Of a DNA stretch of 64,000 nucleotides, positions 56,301-64,000 are shown in pieces (position 1 is the stretch's first letter; the number at the start of each line of letters is the position of its first letter). The notes under the pieces are model-generated. The model saw only the letters and a program-made list of their open reading frames with translations, searched no databases and was not told the DNA's origin. The translations under genes and the position numbers were made by a program. Source of the stretch: the human T2T-CHM13v2.0 reference genome, Homo sapiens; assembly GCF_009914755.1 (NCBI RefSeq), contig NC_060935.1; one strand, given 5' to 3'.

Positions 56301-58133
56301 ACTTCTTGAGTAGCTGGATTACAGGTGTGCACCACTACACCCAGCTAATTTTTGTATTTTTAGTAGAGACGGGGTTTCATCATGTTGGCCAGGCTGATCT
56401 CAAACTCCTGACCTCAAATGATTCACCAGCCTCGGTCTCCCAAAGTGCTGGGATTACAGGTGTGAATCACCATGCCAGGGCTGTATTTTTGTAATTTAAA
56501 AATAAACAATTACTAAAATAGGTTATTCCTATTCTCTGATAGATTTTTTACCTTCTTTATTTAAAAATTAATGTAAACCCAGGCTATGAAAGTATAGGGA
56601 GTAATAGAATCACTTCCTATGCAACTGTCATCCAGTGTGCAAAATAAATTTGAGGTCCCTTCCTTCTCTTTTCTTCCTTGACATGTCTGTCATTTCCATG
56701 CATGTTTTTATACCTTTACCACATATAAAACATGGTATAGTTTTGTCTTCTGTTAACTTTATAATAAATGATACATGCTCTTCTGCAACTTTTTTTGTTC
56801 TATATTTTGAGATTTATGTACGTTGATATATGTAATTTCAGTTAATTCATTTTGCTGCACTTCATCAGTTCTAGCACATTTCCTCCTAACATTTTAACAT
56901 CTTTGAAATTGGGATGCATCTTAAAATCGATGATGTCTTGACCTAACAATTGGTATATTTTCTTTTTTTGTGGTACATAAATATATAATAATTGTGATAT
57001 GAGCCACACTTGTACTGCATGCTTTGTATTTTATGACTAAGCCACAATATCCAGTCCTTTTCTGACAATTAGATTATTCTGAAATTTTGATACTACATAT
57101 AGTGCTGCAGTGAACATTAATTTACCTGTTTCTTTGTGCATATTTGTGAGAATTTCTCTAGATGGAGTATACACCTGGGAGAAGAATTGCTGGATTATAG
57201 AGTATGTCCATTTTCAGCTTTGCCCTCAAAAGTGATTGTACTTCTTACCCTTGTATAACAGTTCCTGTTGCCCTATTCTTCAACAGTGGATGTTGTCCTA
57301 CTTCTTTTTGCCAGTTTGGTGGCTATAAAATGGCATAAAATAAGACTTGGCTTGTATTTCCTGTCTGTGAATTGTCTGTTTATATCTTCTGTCCATTTGT
57401 CTACTCAGTTTTACCAAACATAATATGACTTCTTTAGATCTCTTCTCAGTTACGTGTATTGCAAATAACTTCTCTATGTCAGTGGCTTATCTTTATTTCA
57501 GGTATCATTTGATGAATGAAAGCTTTAAATTTTAGTAAAATCAAATTTGTCATATTTTCCCTTCTAAGAGTGTGTGTTTTTTACATCTTCTTTAAAGAAA
57601 ACCTCTCCTTTCTGTCAGAGGTTGATGATTAATTTGTTAAAAATATAACTAATTTTAAACTAAAAGGAATAAAAATTATAAATCTTTATGAATACATTTT
57701 GTGCTATGTAAGAAAAGTGTTAATTTTCTATCTATAATTTTACTAGAAAGAGGAACTAGAATTTAGCCAAGAATATTGGCAGGCTGTGGTGGGAAATAAT
57801 CAGGAAGAGATGATAGGTCAAAGGAAAAGAAGGACAATATTTTGAGGACAGAATGTGAAGGGCTGTGTTTATAGGAGCATAAACTCATATCTCAGGGTTT
57901 GATTGAGATAAGGGAGGAAAGAGAAAACTGTGAGAAATAACTGGATCCATGTAAAGACCAAAGTAGGAATAGGAGAGGGACTTGGTAGTTGGTCAAGAAG
58001 CACCTACTTGTGTTTCTTGGTGTTGCTGGTTTCTTTGTTTTTTTAGCATGCTCACTGTACTTAATGTCACTGAACAGTACATTTAAAATGATTTAAGATA
58101 CACGAGGTCAGGAGATCGAGACCATCCTGGCTA

Positions 58134-58452
<319 letters not shown>

Positions 58453-59148
58453 TTATTACCTTTTATTTAATTTATTTGTGATATCAAAGTACATTTAAAA
58501 GAAGAACCCAGTCAGGCCTGGTGGCTCATGCTTGTAATCCCAACACTTGAGAGGCTGAGGTGGGTGGATGGCTTGAGGCTAGGAATTTGAGACCAACCTG
58601 GCCAACATGGCGAAACCCCATCTCTACTAAAAATACAGAAATTAGCCAGACATGGTGGTGTATGCCTATAATCCCAGCTACTTGGGAGGCTGAGGCGCGA
58701 GAATCACTTGAACCTGGGAAGGCGGAGGTTGCAGTGAGCTGTGATCACGCTACTGCACTCCAGCACTCCAGCGCAGGCAACAGAGGGAGACTCTTTGTCT
58801 CAAAAAAAAAAAAAAAAAAAAAAAGAGAAGAAGAAGAACCCTATTACATATGTAGTGTATGTAAGTTTGGTCAAAAATAATTCAGAAATTTCATATTGGC
58901 AAATAAATTGAATATAACTTGGTAAAGTATTTGTTTCTGTTTTCTCCCTCCCTTTTCAGATGGGCTAATATTATGTGTAGTAAAAAAAGATGGAAACAGC
59001 CCACTATGGTTAGCAATGATCAGACTCATGACTATGGGTGTCAATATTGATTACATTGCTGGTTTGGTAATTATAAAAAGATGTGAACAGTTTGGATAGA
59101 GTAGTTCAGATGCGACTTAAAGTTTGTTAGAGGATTGGAAAAATAAGA

Positions 59149-59539
59149 TGTATATGGTAGTCCATTTGGGCTGCAATAATAAAATCCCTTAGACTGGGTA
59201 ATTTCTAAAGAGCATAACCTTATTGTTCACAGCTCTGGAGGCTAAGTTCAAGATCAAGGTGCCAGCAGATTTGGTGTGTGGTGAGGGCTCACTTTCTCCT
59301 CCTTCAAAGATGGCGCCCTTTTGCTGTATCCTTACGTGGTAGAAGGGGTGAACAAGCTACCTCAGGCCTCTTTGATGTAAAAGAGCACTAATCCCATTCA
59401 GAGGATAGAGCCCTCGTGATCTACACCTCCCAAAGTTCCCACTTCTTAATACCATCACTTTTGGCGGTTAAGTTTCAACATACAAATTCTGGGGGAGCTG
59501 AGGGGAGGTGGGGGGGACACAAACATTCAGACCATAGTA
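59149..59539 (-). mobile_element. MLT1A-like (MaLR) solo LTR
   Basis: CACAGCTCTGGAGGCT..AAGTTCAAGATCAAGGTGCCAGCAGATT...GGGGACACAAACATTCAGACCATAG. Confidence 0.85.
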
Positions 59540-60505
59540 GGTTAAAGAACCTGAAATTATTAATTCTAAGGAATGAAAGCTTAATGGTTGCTCTAATAGG
59601 AGTCTTCACTATCCTCTGAGTAATATTTTATGGACAGCTCCAGCTCACAAAGGGGTAGTATTTCAAAACATCGTTTCTTAGTTGATAAGAACAATTGGCA
59701 GGGTCATGAATAATACAGCTGCAGAGGACAACACAGTATACATTGCAATGAAAAATAGGAAATAGTATTGTACTAAAACAGTATTTTGGACCATGGGCTT
59801 CAGCTCCTGGGAATATAGTACTTTGTAAAATCCATAAACACCAGATACTAGCAAGTCGTGAGTATGTCTGATGGAGGGTAGGAGAAGGAAAAGAGTTAAT
59901 ACCTGGATATATCAGGGAGTCACAGTGGTCAAGTTAATAAGTAATTTATAGGTCTTTTCTTATGGTCTTTTATACCTGTCTCCAGCACCACCACCTATGC
60001 CTTCTGATGAACTATAACTTGCATGATATTCCTATCTGTGTTTATTTTCTAAAGTCCCTTTTGAGATAGGTTCACAGAGCATAGTGGTTGGGAATTGGCT
60101 GGTGAGGGATAATGACACTTTGTCCAAACCCTGGTTGGAGCCCTGGGTTGATTGATTGCCTTCCAGCTTGGCATGTTGGGAAAGAAAAGCTAGGAATGGC
60201 AGGATCCAGAAATTGCAGCAGTTTTAAAAATTTCTCTATGTCAGTTATCAGCTGTTCACACAATTTAACATGGCATGAATTAGCCTAGAGTGGTGTGCAT
60301 TGATCTGATTCCCTGGCACTTCATCCTGTTTTTTCAGACTTGGGGGCCCTGATTTGGTAGGACTTGAATTTGCCTGTGGTTTTTGTATAGACGAGATCAT
60401 TGGTTCTCAGATTTTAGTGTGACTCTACATGGCCCTGGGAGCTTGTACACTTTCAGATGCCTGGACCTTATCACAGACCTACCACATCAAAATCTTTCTG
60501 ATTAG

Positions 60506-60835
<330 letters not shown>

Positions 60836-61621
60836 TAAATAACAGTTTATGACTCATTTCATTTTCTCCATATCCCCATCCACTTTTTCCTCTTCTATAT
60901 TATTTCAAAGCAAATCCCAGATTATTTTATTTTTAGATACATATGTTTTAATAGGTTCCACAGATGATTAAAAAACTTTCTTGGAACAGGTGATACATGT
61001 ATGTAGTAAAAAAGGATGTACAGTGAAAAGTAATTCTTTTCATTGCTGCCAGTATTGTTACTCTTCACCAAGGCAAAGAAACCCTCAATTTCTTTATATA
61101 TCTATAGATATTCAGTGCATATGCAAATATATGCATATAATTCCTCTTTTTAATTAAACACACATGGTAATATCTATTGTAAAGTATACATTTTTTGAAA
61201 TCTTGCTTTTTTTCAGGTAGCAGTATTCAGAATCAGGTGAATAGCAAGGCAAATAAGTTGTTTTCATTCTTTTTAAATTGGTCCATGTGTCAAGGTCTGT
61301 TTAGTACCTTTTGATGGATATGTAGGTTATTTACAGTATTAGGTTGCTTTACACAGTGCTGCAGTGAATATTCTTTTATATTGTCTTGAGTTGCCTGCAT
61401 TTCTAGGTCAGAGGATATGTTCATTTGCAATTTTGTTAAATATTGCCAGATTGCCTTCCCACCATCTGTATATGTATGGTGTACTGTTCTTCTATATTTT
61501 TCATGTCTCTCTCATGCTTTCCTTTAAATCCACAAGTGTATAATAGCTGTTTTAAAATTTATCTGTTGGCCAAGCTCAGTGGCTCATGTCTGTAATTTCA
61601 GCACTTTGGGAGGCCAAGTCA

Positions 61622-62144
<523 letters not shown>

Positions 62145-62545
62145 TCAAAAAAAAAAAATTATCTGAATTTAATCATCTCTTTTTCTGAGTCTATGGGTAT
62201 GGGTTACAGAAGTGGTTTGTAAATTAGGAGAATCATGGCAATGTTAAATTATCGAGTAGGGTGTAGTGGTTCGAACCTATAGTCTATTTGAGATTACTTG
62301 GGAGGCTGAGGTATGAGGATCATTTGAGAACAGGAATTCAAGACCAGCGTGGGCAATACAGTGAGACCTAGTCTCTTAGAAAAACTATTGCAGATAAGAT
62401 TGGAAGCCTCACAAAAGTGCCTTAATGGATGAGTTTGATACATATAGCCGGAGTTTTCAGTGTGTTTTTTCTTCATTAAAAGAACAATCAGTTGATGGAG
62501 TTTCAAAATCTTTTCTGAGTAAAGGTATGGAATAGATGTCAGTAG

Positions 62546-62779
<234 letters not shown>

Positions 62780-64000
62780 TAGCCAGGATGGTCTGGATCT
62801 CCTGACCTCGTGATCCGCCCACCTCGGCCTGCCAAAGTGCTGGGATTACAGGCGTGACCCACCGCGCCCAGCGGAACTCCGGAATTTCAATTTATAATTT
62901 TCTCTTACAGAGTGAACATCAAGTCTTAATTTGTCTAGTAAGGTTTTGTAGCAGATTTATTAAGGTCAAGTCAACTTAGGAATGTGGTAGACTGTGCACA
63001 AGAAAACTTGTAGGAAGCTATAGGAGGTATAAATTTGCACCTTTTATCTGAAAGGTGGTGCGTTTACTTGTTCCTTGTACCATACCTTAGCTATTGACTA
63101 TGGGCCAGTTACCTAGTCTTGGTAAACTTCAGTTTTCTTTTTTTTTTTTTCTTTTGGAGACGGAGCCTCGCTCTGTTGCCCAGGCTGAAGTACAGTGGCG
63201 CGATCTCGGCTCACTGCAACCTCTGCCTCCTGGGTTCAAGCGATTCTTGTGCCTCAGCCTCTCCAGTGGCTAGGATTATAGGTGTGCACCACCACACCTG
63301 GCTGATTTTTGTATTTTTAGTAGAGAAGGGGTTTCACCATGTTGGCCAGGCTGGTCTCGAGTTCCTGACCTCAAGTGATCTGCCCGCCTCGGCCTCCCAA
63401 AGTGCTGGGAATACAGGCATGAGCCACCGTGCCTGGCCAACTTTAGTTTTCTTAAAAGCAAATTGGAAAGATATTGCTATGATTAGATAAAATATTGTAA
63501 ATAAAGTGTTAAACTGTTGCATAGTAAGTGCTCAGTAGGTAGTTGCTCTCATTTTTAATATCGATATTACAGATTGATGGTAATCTGTGGATTCTGAGTT
63601 AAAGAACTGATGTTTGTGATTTGTTATAAGAGTAGGAGACCACATAGTTAATATAATACAGATTTTTAAATTGTAGAAAATGAAGATATTTCAACCAACC
63701 AACAAGCCAACATTTATTGAACACCAACTCTATATCCTTGGCACTTTGCTTTAGATCTAGTGTGAAAGACAGATATATACACTGACAATTACAATATAAT
63801 GAAATGTTGTAATCGCAAAATGAGAAGAATTTAGGAACTACTGTGAGAGCACTGAATGCTAACCCCTGCCTAGAGGGTGAGTTTATATGTTTCAGGAAAG
63901 GCTTCAGCAAGAAGATATTATTTTACTTTGATTGAAATCTGAAAGAGTTTTTAAAGTGTTCAATAGTAGATGTGAGTCTGGGTGCAGTGGCTCATGCCTA

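Overview
Primate, very probably human, genomic DNA. It is extremely Alu-dense (roughly 90 Alu elements or fragments) and has no intact protein-coding exon. A CpG island at ~36.5-38.1 kb holds a + strand non-coding first exon ending ...CTCTAGGAAG|GTAAGG at 37328. From memory I recognise this as HIPK3 exon 1 (11p13). Everything to its right is intron 1, and the coding exon 2 should lie beyond the window. Upstream are a full-length RPS24 processed pseudogene (PKE isoform, one nonsense change), a full-length older-type SVA nested in an L1 nested in an L2-like relic, and a nearly unmutated AluYd8-like insertion. Intron 1 holds an L1PA-type 3' end with a TA-expanded tail, an internal 5S rRNA fragment, an MLT1 LTR and a diverged ~130-bp local duplication. 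Almost all ORFs in the supplied track are Alu, SVA, L1 or GC-rich artefacts. I see no clearly new biological system. The best hypotheses concern the HIPK3 5' architecture: stacked uORFs, three of them in the main reading frame; a candidate upstream exon (32295-32406) that would add an in-frame 38-aa N-terminus; and candidate alternative or recursive splice sites early in intron 1. The frame arguments depend on my recollection that exon 2 begins GT-ATG-GCC, which is not visible here.
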